Part shown: positions 1 to 8,760 of the stretch, in pieces
How the letters are laid out: each line of letters begins with the position of its first letter
Numbering within the stretch: position 1 is the first letter of the stretch
DNA from: an uncultured Bacilli bacterium
Lineage (GTDB): Bacteria > Bacillota_I > Bacilli_A > RF39 > UBA660
Assembly (NCBI GenBank): GCA_944363925.1
Contig: CALVVS010000002.1
Location: 1-60,190, forward strand
Direction: 5' to 3'
Length of the DNA: 60,190 nucleotides
The notes under the pieces: model-generated
The model's database searches: none
Told to the model about the DNA's origin: nothing
The model's input: the letters and a program-made list of their open reading frames with translations, nothing else
Program-made: the position numbers and the translations under genes

Positions 1-363
1 TTTACCTTTATAACTACTTTTAATATTATTTGTTTTATAGCTTTCATGTACTCCTTTTGCTTTAACTCTAGGATAACCACTGCCATTATAAAATCTTTTA
101 AAAGCATCTCCTAGATTAAACAAACTATTTCTAAGGGCGCAGCTATCAACTTCTTTAAGCCACTCTTTTTCTTTAGAAAGTGAAGGTAATAATTTTATTT
201 GGTCGTAAGCCGATTTACTTTTACCTGTTTCTTTATATTCTTTTATTTTATCATCTAAAAAATAATTATATATAAATCTTGAGCAACCAATTGTTTTATT
301 AATTAACTGTTCTTGCTCTTTATCAGGATAAATTCTAAGTACATAACCTTTTAATATTTTCAT
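1..363 (-). CDS. tnpB: IS200/IS605-family TnpB-like (OrfB) RNA-guided endonuclease, N-terminal part only; the ORF runs off the window start
   Basis: Not in the ORF track. Minus-strand translation from ATG at 363-361 gives MKILKGYVLRIYPDKEQEQLINKTIGCSRFIYNYFLDDKIKEY..., which fits the conserved TnpB N-terminus pattern (YxxRIYP..Q...G..RFxYN). Confidence 0.7.
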   Translation of the reverse strand, partial: MKILKGYVLRIYPDKEQEQLINKTIGCSRFIYNYFLDDKIKEYKETGKSKSAYDQIKLLPSLSKEKEWLKEVDSCALRNSLFNLGDAFKRFYNGSGYPRVKAKGVHESYKTNNIKSSYKGK

Positions 364-500
364 AGCATCACCTTCTATCAATGTTGCAACCAATATATCA
401 CAAACAATCGTTCTTGTAAATAACTTTTTGTAAACTTTTTGAGTTTTACAAAGCAAATTCCTAGTACATAAACACAAAATTTCATAACTAATTTATAAAA

Positions 501-1433
501 CTAAATAAAAATTTTATCCAATTCTTTATTTGGAAGTAACATTTTTATTCCTTTGACAATCTTAATCTCATAATTCTTTGTCTTAGTCTTAAGCATCTCG
601 CCATCAATACAAAAACTTTTCTTAGGTCTCTCATTAAGTCTTATCTTTAAATTATCCGTTTTAAAAAAATAAAATCCCGGTACCTTTCTAATATCACTTG
701 TTTTAAGTAAATATAAACTTCTAATAATATCCTTCCTCGTAGTAATATTTGAAAGCAAAACCTCAAACTTACCATCGTTCATCTTCACATCTTGTAAAAT
801 TTCAAGTCCGCCCATCCTACTCGCATTACAAATCAAAGCAAAAGAATAAAGCCCCGTATAAGTCTCACCATTAGCCGTATAACTCATCTCAAATAAATGC
901 GTTTTTTGATTAAAAGACTTAATCGCATTAATAATATAAGCAAAATACCCAAAATTCTTCTTCAATTTTCTAGGCGTATCATAAGCCACATCCGTAAACT
1001 TACCAAGACCCGCCACATAAACAAATGGTACATCATTAATCGTACATATATCTAAATCTTTAACGGTTCCTTCCAAAACCATTTTTAAATTATGTACAGG
1101 GTTCTTTCCCATCCCAAAAGTAGCTCCTAAATCATTAGTCGTTCCAAGTGGAATATGCGTAAGCAATAATTTTTTCTCTCTTTTTAAATTACCCGTCACC
1201 ACTTCATTAAAAGTTCCATCTCCTCCAAGCGATATAACTAAATCAGTATCATCAGGTAAAGATGAAATAATCTTCTTCGCATGCCCCGCATACTTCGTAA
1301 AAATTATCTCCACCTCATAACCATATTCCTTTAAAATATCTTTAAACTTTAAAGATAAAACTTCCTTATTATTTTTGCCACTATTAGGATTACATATCAA
1401 AACACTTTTTTTCAAACTAATCACCAATTTCAT
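501..1433 (-). CDS. Diacylglycerol/lipid kinase family protein (YegS/BmrU-like)
   Basis: GGDGTFNEV nucleotide-binding motif, about 310 aa, typical DAGK catalytic-domain layout. Confidence 0.85.
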   Translation of the reverse strand: MKLVISLKKSVLICNPNSGKNNKEVLSLKFKDILKEYGYEVEIIFTKYAGHAKKIISSLPDDTDLVISLGGDGTFNEVVTGNLKREKKLLLTHIPLGTTNDLGATFGMGKNPVHNLKMVLEGTVKDLDICTINDVPFVYVAGLGKFTDVAYDTPRKLKKNFGYFAYIINAIKSFNQKTHLFEMSYTANGETYTGLYSFALICNASRMGGLEILQDVKMNDGKFEVLLSNITTRKDIIRSLYLLKTSDIRKVPGFYFFKTDNLKIRLNERPKKSFCIDGEMLKTKTKNYEIKIVKGIKMLLPNKELDKIFI

Positions 1434-1464
1434 TATACATTAAAATTATCTAAATAACAAAATA

Positions 1465-1890
1465 TTATATTCTCTTTTCTCTTTTCATAACATAATCTCT
1501 CATATCAGGAAAAACCAAAGCTATTGTCTCATCTTCCCGAAAATTCTTAGAAAGCATATTAATCTTTGATAAATCGCAGCTCTCTAACCAATCTTCAACC
1601 TTACCACTTTGAATTGCTATATATAAATCTAAAAAAGCCTCATCTTCCTTCTCAAAAGAGTAAGCCTCAAGCGCTGAAATTAAATTTATAACCACGTAAG
1701 ATTGCCTGCACTTCCTTAAAAACTCAAGTAACTCCAAAGCCTTATCATAACCAAGTAAAGCCACTTTCTCACCTAAAACCTTATCACTCTCTTCGCAGGC
1801 CAATATCAAATCATCAAGTATATCCTTATTTAAAGCATAAATCTCATTAAAATCTTCAAATAAAACATCATTTGGTTCAATATCAAACAT
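1465..1890 (-). CDS. Hypothetical acidic protein, last gene of the suf cluster
   Basis: 141-aa ORF co-oriented with sufS. No motif recognised; it lacks the SufU/NifU Cys pattern. Confidence 0.4.
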   Translation of the reverse strand: MFDIEPNDVLFEDFNEIYALNKDILDDLILACEESDKVLGEKVALLGYDKALELLEFLRKCRQSYVVINLISALEAYSFEKEDEAFLDLYIAIQSGKVEDWLESCDLSKINMLSKNFREDETIALVFPDMRDYVMKREKRI

Positions 1891-1956
1891 CTAAAACGCC
1901 CTCTTTCAAAGTTATATAATACCACTGTCAAAAATAAAGTCAAATTAAAAAGGAAA

Positions 1957-3150
1957 CTATATAATTTCCTTTTTAATATTCGGATTTTTTAAAACCTCTA
2001 TAAGCCTATCAATTTCCTCTTTATTATTATAAAAATACAAACTAATTCGGCAAGTATTCTTAATATGAATTTCATCCTTAAGTATCTTCGCGCAGTGATT
2101 ACCAGCCCGCACACATATATTGTACTTATCCAAATAAATAGCTAAATCTTGTGGAAAAATGCCCTCATAATTTATCGTCACAATTCCACTTTGACTATGT
2201 TCATTATAAATCGTAACCTCTTTTATTTCCTTCAATCTCTTAATTAAATATTCCTTAAGTTCAAGCTCAAACTTATGAATATTAGTAAGTCCAATATTCA
2301 TTAAATACTTAAGTACATATCCAAAACCAATCACTCCAGCCACATTTGGCGTTCCAGCTTCAAGCCTATCAGGCATAGTCTTATAAATACGTGTGCCATC
2401 ATGACTAAAATCCGCATTCATCCCGCCACCAAAAATAATCGGTTTAATATCCTTAAGTAACTCCTCTTTCCCGTAAAGTACGCCAACTCCGGTCGGACCG
2501 CACATCTTATGCGCCGAAAACGCTAAAAAATCAATATCTAAATCTTGTACATCAATCTTTAAATGTGGTACACTCTGCGCCCCATCAACCAAAACTAAAA
2601 TGCCTCTGCTATGTGCAAGCTTAATAATATCCTTTATCGGTCTAATATCGCCAACTACATTACTAATATGTGCAATCGAAATAACCTTAGTCTTAGACGT
2701 AATCGCTTTTTCCACATTTTCAAGCAAAACCTCATGATTACTATCGAGCTCAATATAGCTAATCTTAAGATTTTTCAAATCAGCCAATTCAAACCATGGA
2801 AGCAAATTAGAAGCATGCTCACTTTTAGTAAGTAATACCTCATCACCATCATATAAATAATCTTTAAAAAAACCAAAAACTATTTTATTAATCGAATCCG
2901 TCGTCCCACTCGTAAAAGCAATCTCCGATGCCTTTCTAGCTCCTATCAAATCTTTAACTAAATATCTCGTCTCTTCATATTTTTGACTAGCCTTTAAACT
3001 AAGCGCATAATCGCCACGATGCGCATTAGAACTGTAATTATCATAATAATCAGCCACCGCCTCACCTAAAATCTTAGGCTTAAGCGTCGTCGCTCCATTG
3101 TCAAAATAAATAATTCCTGACCTCAAAATATTAAAATCATCACGGTTCAT
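1957..3150 (-). CDS. sufS: Cysteine desulfurase, SufS-like class V aminotransferase
   Basis: SAHKMCGPTGVGVLYG PLP-lysine region and a C-terminal RAGNHCA catalytic Cys loop. I moved the start to ATG 3150 (MNRDDF...), which is preceded by GGAGGTGA. Confidence 0.9.
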   Translation of the reverse strand: MNRDDFNILRSGIIYFDNGATTLKPKILGEAVADYYDNYSSNAHRGDYALSLKASQKYEETRYLVKDLIGARKASEIAFTSGTTDSINKIVFGFFKDYLYDGDEVLLTKSEHASNLLPWFELADLKNLKISYIELDSNHEVLLENVEKAITSKTKVISIAHISNVVGDIRPIKDIIKLAHSRGILVLVDGAQSVPHLKIDVQDLDIDFLAFSAHKMCGPTGVGVLYGKEELLKDIKPIIFGGGMNADFSHDGTRIYKTMPDRLEAGTPNVAGVIGFGYVLKYLMNIGLTNIHKFELELKEYLIKRLKEIKEVTIYNEHSQSGIVTINYEGIFPQDLAIYLDKYNICVRAGNHCAKILKDEIHIKNTCRISLYFYNNKEEIDRLIEVLKNPNIKKEII

Positions 3151-3154
3151 CAAA

Positions 3155-3946
3155 TCACCTCCAATACTTGTAAATAATCTCCTCAAGCTTCTCTTTATAA
3201 TAAGAAATATTCTTTAAAAGAAAACCTTTTGTCAATAACAGCATTGCCTCTTTTTCATCAATACCCCTGCTCATCAAATAAAATAACTCATCTGATGAAA
3301 AAGTCCCAATAAGCGCACTGTGATTAGCCACTACATCTTCCTCATCGATAAACAAATTAGGCTTTATCGTGCAAGTATTATTAGTTAAATTAATAATCCT
3401 TCCACTTTGATTAATATCACAGCCAGTAGTGCCATTAGAAACAAAACCAGAAACATTAAATTCCAAAACTCCATCTAAAATATTAACCCCATTATTTCTT
3501 ATGTCACTAACCGTATCTTTCGCATTATGATAAACTAAAAAATTATACTTTTCAAAATTTTTACTAACCGTCTTCAAATTAAAATTAACTCTCGACCTCA
3601 CACCGTTCAAATTAATAACCGTCATCTCTCTAATATCATTTCCGTCATTAATCTTTTCCACATTTAAAAAACTGTCTTCTTCTAAATAATACTTGTATTG
3701 AAATTTATAATTACCATCATGTTTATACTCATAAATATTAACCTTAACACCCTTCATAACATTAATATAAAAATCAAGTTTTATTGAAACCTCACTGACA
3801 TCTATCACAATATCTGTATCTTTCAAAACCTTCAATTTCACACTCTGGACATTTAAAAACTTACTAGCCTCACCTATAATAATCTCGGTGCCATCCCTAT
3901 TTTCTATCTCAATATCTTCGTTATATACTTTTATCTTATTCATCAC
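3155..3946 (-). CDS. sufD: SufB/SufD-family Fe-S assembly protein (short, 263 aa)
   Basis: Lies between sufC and sufS. C-terminal pattern ...HSALIGTFSSDELFYLMSRGIDEKEAMLLL is typical of SufB/D. Confidence 0.75.
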   Translation of the reverse strand: MMNKIKVYNEDIEIENRDGTEIIIGEASKFLNVQSVKLKVLKDTDIVIDVSEVSIKLDFYINVMKGVKVNIYEYKHDGNYKFQYKYYLEEDSFLNVEKINDGNDIREMTVINLNGVRSRVNFNLKTVSKNFEKYNFLVYHNAKDTVSDIRNNGVNILDGVLEFNVSGFVSNGTTGCDINQSGRIINLTNNTCTIKPNLFIDEEDVVANHSALIGTFSSDELFYLMSRGIDEKEAMLLLTKGFLLKNISYYKEKLEEIIYKYWR

Positions 3947-4685
3947 TCATACCTACTATCTTGTCATAGCCTTCCTTCTCAATTCTTAAAGCCAAACTCT
4001 TATCACCACTTTTTACAATCTTTCCCCCTTGCATAATATGAATAAAATCAGGCTTAATATAATCGAGTAATCTTTGATAATGAGTTACAAGTAAAATAGC
4101 TGGCTTTCTTTTTTCATAATATTCCATTACCGCCTCACCAACTAACTTCAAACTATCCACATCAAGTCCAGAATCAATCTCGTCAAGTAAAACCATATCC
4201 GGCTTTAAAATGTTCATCTGTAAAATTTCATTTTTCTTACGCTCCCCACCAGAAAAGCCATCATTAATACCTCTATGAATCATATTACTATCCATGTGTA
4301 ATTTCTTAGTTAATTCATCTAACTCCCTAATAAATGAAAGCAATTTAAAATTATCACCTTCTTTAGCCCGAAGCGCACTTCTCAAAAAATCCGCATTCGT
4401 CACCCCTTCAATCGAAAGTGGCATCTGCATCCCTAAAAAAATTCCCATTTTAGCGCGCTCATTTACTGGAACATCATTAAGTACTTTACCATTATAAGTA
4501 ATTGTTCCCTTTTCAATCTTGTAATTAGGATCCCCCATAATAACCTTCGTCAAAGTCGATTTACCTACCCCATTAGGTCCCATAATCGCATGAATCTCCC
4601 CAGACTTAATTTCCAAGCTAAAATCTTTTAAAATCTCTTTTCCATTAATACTAACCGTTAAATTATCTATACGTAAAATATTCAT
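3936..4685 (-). CDS. sufC: Fe-S cluster assembly ATPase SufC
   Basis: Walker A GPNGVGKST, ABC signature FSGGERKK, Walker B LLDEIDSGLD. Confidence 0.92.
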   Translation of the reverse strand: MNILRIDNLTVSINGKEILKDFSLEIKSGEIHAIMGPNGVGKSTLTKVIMGDPNYKIEKGTITYNGKVLNDVPVNERAKMGIFLGMQMPLSIEGVTNADFLRSALRAKEGDNFKLLSFIRELDELTKKLHMDSNMIHRGINDGFSGGERKKNEILQMNILKPDMVLLDEIDSGLDVDSLKLVGEAVMEYYEKRKPAILLVTHYQRLLDYIKPDFIHIMQGGKIVKSGDKSLALRIEKEGYDKIVGMSDE

Positions 4686-4839
4686 AATTAATCACCTCCT
4701 TATATTTTAACATTTTTTAAACTTTTTTGGTATAAAATTCATAAAATTCACCAATAATATATTTAGAATATTCGCAGATATTCACAGAAAGAGTTTACTC
4801 TTTTTTTCTTTATATGATAAAATAATAAAGGTGATGAAA

Positions 4840-5205
4840 ATGGATTGTATATTTTGTAAAATTGTAAATGGAGAAATACCTTCTTATACCATATATGAAG
4901 ATGACATCGTCAAAGTTTTTCTAGACGCTAATCCCGATGTCAATGGTCATACCCTAATTATTCCTAAAAAGCATTATCAAGACCTATTTGATATCGATAA
5001 TCAAACCCTAATTCATATTATGGAAACAGCTAAAAAAATAGACAAACTTTTAAAAGACAAATTATACACCGATGGTCTTACTCTAGTTCAAAACAATGGA
5101 CTAAAACAAGAAGTTAAACACTTTCATCTTCATTTAAAACCACAGTATAAAAATGAAGGAAAAAAATTATCTCCAGAAGAAATCTATAACAAAATAAACG
5201 GATAA
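4840..5205 (+). CDS. HIT-family (histidine triad) protein
   Basis: CIFCKI N-terminus and the HFHLHL histidine triad. ATG 4840 follows AAAGGTGA; the track start 4831 is an upstream GTG. Confidence 0.88.
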   Translation: MDCIFCKIVNGEIPSYTIYEDDIVKVFLDANPDVNGHTLIIPKKHYQDLFDIDNQTLIHIMETAKKIDKLLKDKLYTDGLTLVQNNGLKQEVKHFHLHLKPQYKNEGKKLSPEEIYNKING

Positions 5206-5305
5206 CCCCGCTTATTTTTTTAAATACCACAACTATCCTAAACATTTGCCATATTCATAAAACCATTTCCCACATATCATAAATTAGATAAGGGGGAAAG
5301 AAAAA

Positions 5306-5578
5306 ATGTTCAAAAAAAATATGGGCTTTGGTAGACCTATGGAAAACTGCTGCCGCCCTGAACCAAACTGTCCTATTATGGAGCCAGTTATAAATAACTG
5401 TGTCGAAAGAGAGTTTTGTCACGAAGTAAATCATATATGTCCAGTGCATACTCATATAATCAACAAACATATTTATAATCATACTTATACTCCTGAATAT
5501 ACCTGCTCTGAAGAAAATCAAATTATCAACAACGATCCAGGATGCTGCTGCAACAAATTCAATAACAATGGTTTTTAA
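5306..5578 (+). CDS. CotD-like Cys/His-rich spore coat protein
   Basis: 90 aa, Cys/His/Pro/Asn-rich (CCRPEPNCPIMEPV...HICPVHTHIINKHIYNHTYTP...CCC), resembling the CotD family. Good RBS (GGGGGAAAG). Confidence 0.5.
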   Translation: MFKKNMGFGRPMENCCRPEPNCPIMEPVINNCVEREFCHEVNHICPVHTHIINKHIYNHTYTPEYTCSEENQIINNDPGCCCNKFNNNGF

Positions 5579-5591
5579 GCCATTGTTTTTT
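5561..5591. repeat. 31-bp perfect direct repeat, copy 1 (contains a terminator hairpin)
   Basis: AATAACAATGGTTTTTAAGCCATTGTTTTTT is identical to 6237-6267. Confidence 0.95.
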
Positions 5592-5592
5592 T
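5564..5592 (+). terminator. Rho-independent terminator after the cotD-like gene
   Basis: Stem AACAATGG/CCATTGTT followed by a T-run. Confidence 0.7.
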
Positions 5593-5657
5593 ACAAAAAT
5601 ATATAATTGACAAATGTATAAACATTGTATATACTTTAAATGAAGGAGATGAGCACT

Positions 5658-5903
5658 ATGGAAGCAAGACTTCAAAAATGGGGAAACTCTAACGGAATTA
5701 GAATTCCAAATAATATTTTAAAAACCTTAGATATTAAAACAAACGATCCAGTTGAACTAACCGTTCAAGATAATCAAATAATAATTAAAAAAAGCATAAA
5801 AAACAAAGAAATATCTTTAAAAGAAAAATTTGCCAAATACAAAGGGCCAAATTTAGCCAAAGACTTTACTTGGGATGAACCAAAAGGAAATGAATTATGG
5901 TAA
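5658..5903 (+). CDS. mazE: MazE/AbrB-fold type II antitoxin
   Basis: MEARLQKWGNSNGIRIPNNIL is the SpoVT/AbrB swapped-hairpin motif. ATG 5658 follows AAGGAGA, and the 3' end overlaps the mazF start. Confidence 0.8.
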   Translation: MEARLQKWGNSNGIRIPNNILKTLDIKTNDPVELTVQDNQIIIKKSIKNKEISLKEKFAKYKGPNLAKDFTWDEPKGNELW

Positions 5904-6241
5904 AAAAATACATCCCAAATCAAGGTGACATAGTTGTTTTTGACTTTAGCCCTACCAAAGGCCATGAACAATGTGGATATAGACCTGCCATAATCATTAG
6001 TAACTACACTTTTAATAAAAATACTAAAATGGCTATTGCTTGTCCAATAACATCTAATGATAAAGATTTCCCTACTCATTATATCCTGCAAAATTGTGAA
6101 AAAGTAAAAGGTGCTGTTTTATGTGAACATATAAAAAGTATCGATTATGAAATTAGAAATTTAAAATTAATTGAAAAAATAAACGAACAAGAATTAAATA
6201 GCATCCTTAACTTAGTAAAATCTTGCATTAATAAAGAATAA
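5897..6241 (+). CDS. mazF: MazF/PemK-family endoribonuclease toxin
   Basis: GDIVVFDFSPTKGHEQCGYRPAIIIS and ...CPITS motifs. 7-nt overlap with the antitoxin gene. Confidence 0.85.
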   Translation: MVKKYIPNQGDIVVFDFSPTKGHEQCGYRPAIIISNYTFNKNTKMAIACPITSNDKDFPTHYILQNCEKVKGAVLCEHIKSIDYEIRNLKLIEKINEQELNSILNLVKSCINKE

Positions 6242-6267
6242 CAATGGTTTTTAAGCCATTGTTTTTT
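6237..6267. repeat. 31-bp perfect direct repeat, copy 2 (terminator hairpin after mazF)
   Basis: Identical to 5561-5591, 676 bp downstream of copy 1. Confidence 0.95.
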
Positions 6268-6272
6268 CTATA

Positions 6273-7580
6273 TCAAAATGGCATTTTAAAATTACCATTT
6301 TTCATTTGTTTAATCATAACCTTCATCTGTTCAAACTGTTTCAAAAGACGGTTAACCTCTTCCACACTGCGGCCACTACCTGCCGCAATCCTTCTTTTCC
6401 GGCTAGCCTTAAGCACATCAGGATTTCTTCGTTCTAAAGGTGTCATCGATAAAATAATTGCCTCAACATGTGCCATCTGCTTAGGATCAATACTAACATT
6501 ATTAAGTCCCATTTTCTTCGCACCAGGTATTAACTTAATCAAATTCTCAAGCGGTCCAAGTTTCTTAACTTGATTTAATTGTTTTAAAAAATCTTCCAAA
6601 TCAAACTTACCTTTCTGTAACTTTTTAGCCGCTTTTAAAGCTTCGTCCTCATCAAAAACATCTTCAGCCTTCTCAATCATACTCATTAAATCACCCATAT
6701 CGAGAATTCTATTAGCCATCCTCTCAGGATGAAAAGCCTCAAGCCCATCCATCTTTTCAGATACACCGATAAACTTAATAGGAATATTTGTCAAATGTCT
6801 AATAGATAAAGCCGCTCCACCTTTAGTATCACCATCTAACTTCGTAAGTACTGCCCCAGTTAAAGGAAGTCGTTCATTAAAACCAGTAATTACATTAACT
6901 GCATCTTGACCAGTCATACTGTCAATTACTAAAAGTATCTCGTTAGGACACACCGCCTCATTAATATTTTGTAATTCGTCCATAAGCTCATTATCAATAT
7001 GTAATCTTCCGGCTGTATCTATCAAAACATAATTATATCCGTTTTCCTTCGCATAATTAACCGCATTCTTCGCAATCTCTATTGGATTACCCTTGCCTTC
7101 ACTGTAAACTTCAATATTTAATTCTTTACCTAATTGCTTTAACTGATTTATGGCCGCTGGTCTATAGACATCACAGGCCACCATAAGTGGCTTTAACCCA
7201 TATTTTTTTCTTAAAAGTAAAGCCAGTTTCCCCGTCGTCGTCGTCTTACCAGAACCTTGAAGACCACACATCATTAAAATAGTCATCGGTTTAACAATAA
7301 TTAACGGTTCATCTTCCTTACCAAGTAAATCAACAAGCTCATCTTTAACAATCTTAACAAACACTTCACCAGGTTTTAAACTCTTTTTAACCTCTTCACC
7401 CAAAGCTTTTTCCTTAACACTCGAAATAAACTCCTTAACAACCTTGTAGTTAACATCCGCCTCAAGTAAAGCTAGCCTAATCTCTCTCGTAACCTCACCT
7501 ATATTGTCCTCTGTAATCTTACCATAACCTTTTATCTTATTTAAAGCATTTTGTAATCTATCACCTAAATTTTCAAACAT
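6273..7580 (-). CDS. ffh: Signal recognition particle protein Ffh
   Basis: GLQGSGKTTT and DTAGRL motifs, plus a Met-rich M domain. Confidence 0.96.
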   Translation of the reverse strand: MFENLGDRLQNALNKIKGYGKITEDNIGEVTREIRLALLEADVNYKVVKEFISSVKEKALGEEVKKSLKPGEVFVKIVKDELVDLLGKEDEPLIIVKPMTILMMCGLQGSGKTTTTGKLALLLRKKYGLKPLMVACDVYRPAAINQLKQLGKELNIEVYSEGKGNPIEIAKNAVNYAKENGYNYVLIDTAGRLHIDNELMDELQNINEAVCPNEILLVIDSMTGQDAVNVITGFNERLPLTGAVLTKLDGDTKGGAALSIRHLTNIPIKFIGVSEKMDGLEAFHPERMANRILDMGDLMSMIEKAEDVFDEDEALKAAKKLQKGKFDLEDFLKQLNQVKKLGPLENLIKLIPGAKKMGLNNVSIDPKQMAHVEAIILSMTPLERRNPDVLKASRKRRIAAGSGRSVEEVNRLLKQFEQMKVMIKQMKNGNFKMPF

Positions 7581-7633
7581 TTTATATCACCTACACCATT
7601 ATACTTAAAGAAAAAGAAAAAAGCAAACATCGT

Positions 7634-8662
7634 TTACTTTTCTATTATAAATGGATCATCTTTAGTTCCATTACCCTCAAGCATAATATCCGCCTTCAAA
7701 TATACTACTGGTACAATCCCAAAGGCCTCTTCCACACTTACTGGATTAACTGTCCCAACTTTAATAGCCTGCTCAGTAAAATTAGACTCAAGAAAAGGAA
7801 CACTTATACCAAACGCATAATTATAGTTTGCATCTAATACCAAACCTTCATCTTCCGTTTGCACATCCGTAAGTTCACTACTTTCAGTTACACCATCTTG
7901 ACTTAAAGTATTATCTTGCTCATCTATATTAACCGTATTATTAACAATTGGTGACATCGTCCAAAGAAGCGTATAACTTGGAACTGACAACTTACTTAAA
8001 TAATTAGTTGTTCGGCAATTATCATAATTTGTATTATTCAAATATAAACTACCGCACTCTTCACTATTCGTGTTAGCTCGCAAATATTCTGAAGCCGTAA
8101 GTAAACCAATTCGGCCACTCCAATAACTACTATTTTCACTTATAACTTGCTCATTTAATGACAAATTAGTATAATCACTATTCAAAGTCGTTGCCCCCGC
8201 TGCAAAGCTATGTTCAGTTATACTATCCACATCCGCAAGCGTATTCACATAAGTTTCATTTAAGTACTTACTAAGTGATGAACTACTCCAATCTGAATTT
8301 TTACCACTATCAAATGGCAAACTATCTTCTATACTAGAATTCTTAACAATCTTTATCGTATCATCATACTCAACGGATAATATTCTCCACTCTTCACCAT
8401 TAAAAGTTATATAATTATTAGGGTCTGCTCCTTTAAAGAAGTATCTTCCATTTTCATACGTATCAGCTACTAAACCATCACTAGATTTATTATTAGCAAG
8501 CTTCCTAAGCTTACTAGCCGCCGTAACCTTTTTAATATTTCCTTTAGCCTTCAAACTAATTTGTGTATTAAAAGCCGCATAAGCAATTGAAAAACATAAA
8601 AGCAAACTCAAAGCACTAACAATAACTATTCTCTTTTGCGTCTTAAGTCTTTTCCTTCGCAT
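7634..8662 (-). CDS. Membrane-anchored/secreted protein; non-diversified paralog of the DGR target at 28603-29505
   Basis: Blocks shared with the target: RYFF.G..PNNYITFN...WRI.S.E.D.TIKI, LLTASEY.R.N.N...CG, LWTMSP versus WWTLSP, and VPVVYL....I..GNG...(D/N)P at the C-terminus. No nucleotide match to the TR. Confidence 0.6.
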   Translation of the reverse strand: MRRKRLKTQKRIVIVSALSLLLCFSIAYAAFNTQISLKAKGNIKKVTAASKLRKLANNKSSDGLVADTYENGRYFFKGADPNNYITFNGEEWRILSVEYDDTIKIVKNSSIEDSLPFDSGKNSDWSSSSLSKYLNETYVNTLADVDSITEHSFAAGATTLNSDYTNLSLNEQVISENSSYWSGRIGLLTASEYLRANTNSEECGSLYLNNTNYDNCRTTNYLSKLSVPSYTLLWTMSPIVNNTVNIDEQDNTLSQDGVTESSELTDVQTEDEGLVLDANYNYAFGISVPFLESNFTEQAIKVGTVNPVSVEEAFGIVPVVYLKADIMLEGNGTKDDPFIIEK

Positions 8663-8760
8663 ATCCCTACACTCCTTTACGTAGTATCTATATAAATTAT
8701 AACCAATAATTTAATATTTATCAATCATTATCGTATAAAGAGTGTAAAGAAAAAGACTTA

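Noticed and set aside
5255-5521. 88-aa minus-strand ORF
   Set aside because: It is antisense to the CotD-like ORF, which has the better RBS and a recognisable Cys/His-rich coat-protein pattern.
6244-6573. 109-aa plus-strand ORF starting in the 31-bp repeat
   Set aside because: It is entirely antisense to the strongly supported ffh gene, with hydrophobic low-complexity translation typical of antisense frames in AT-rich DNA.
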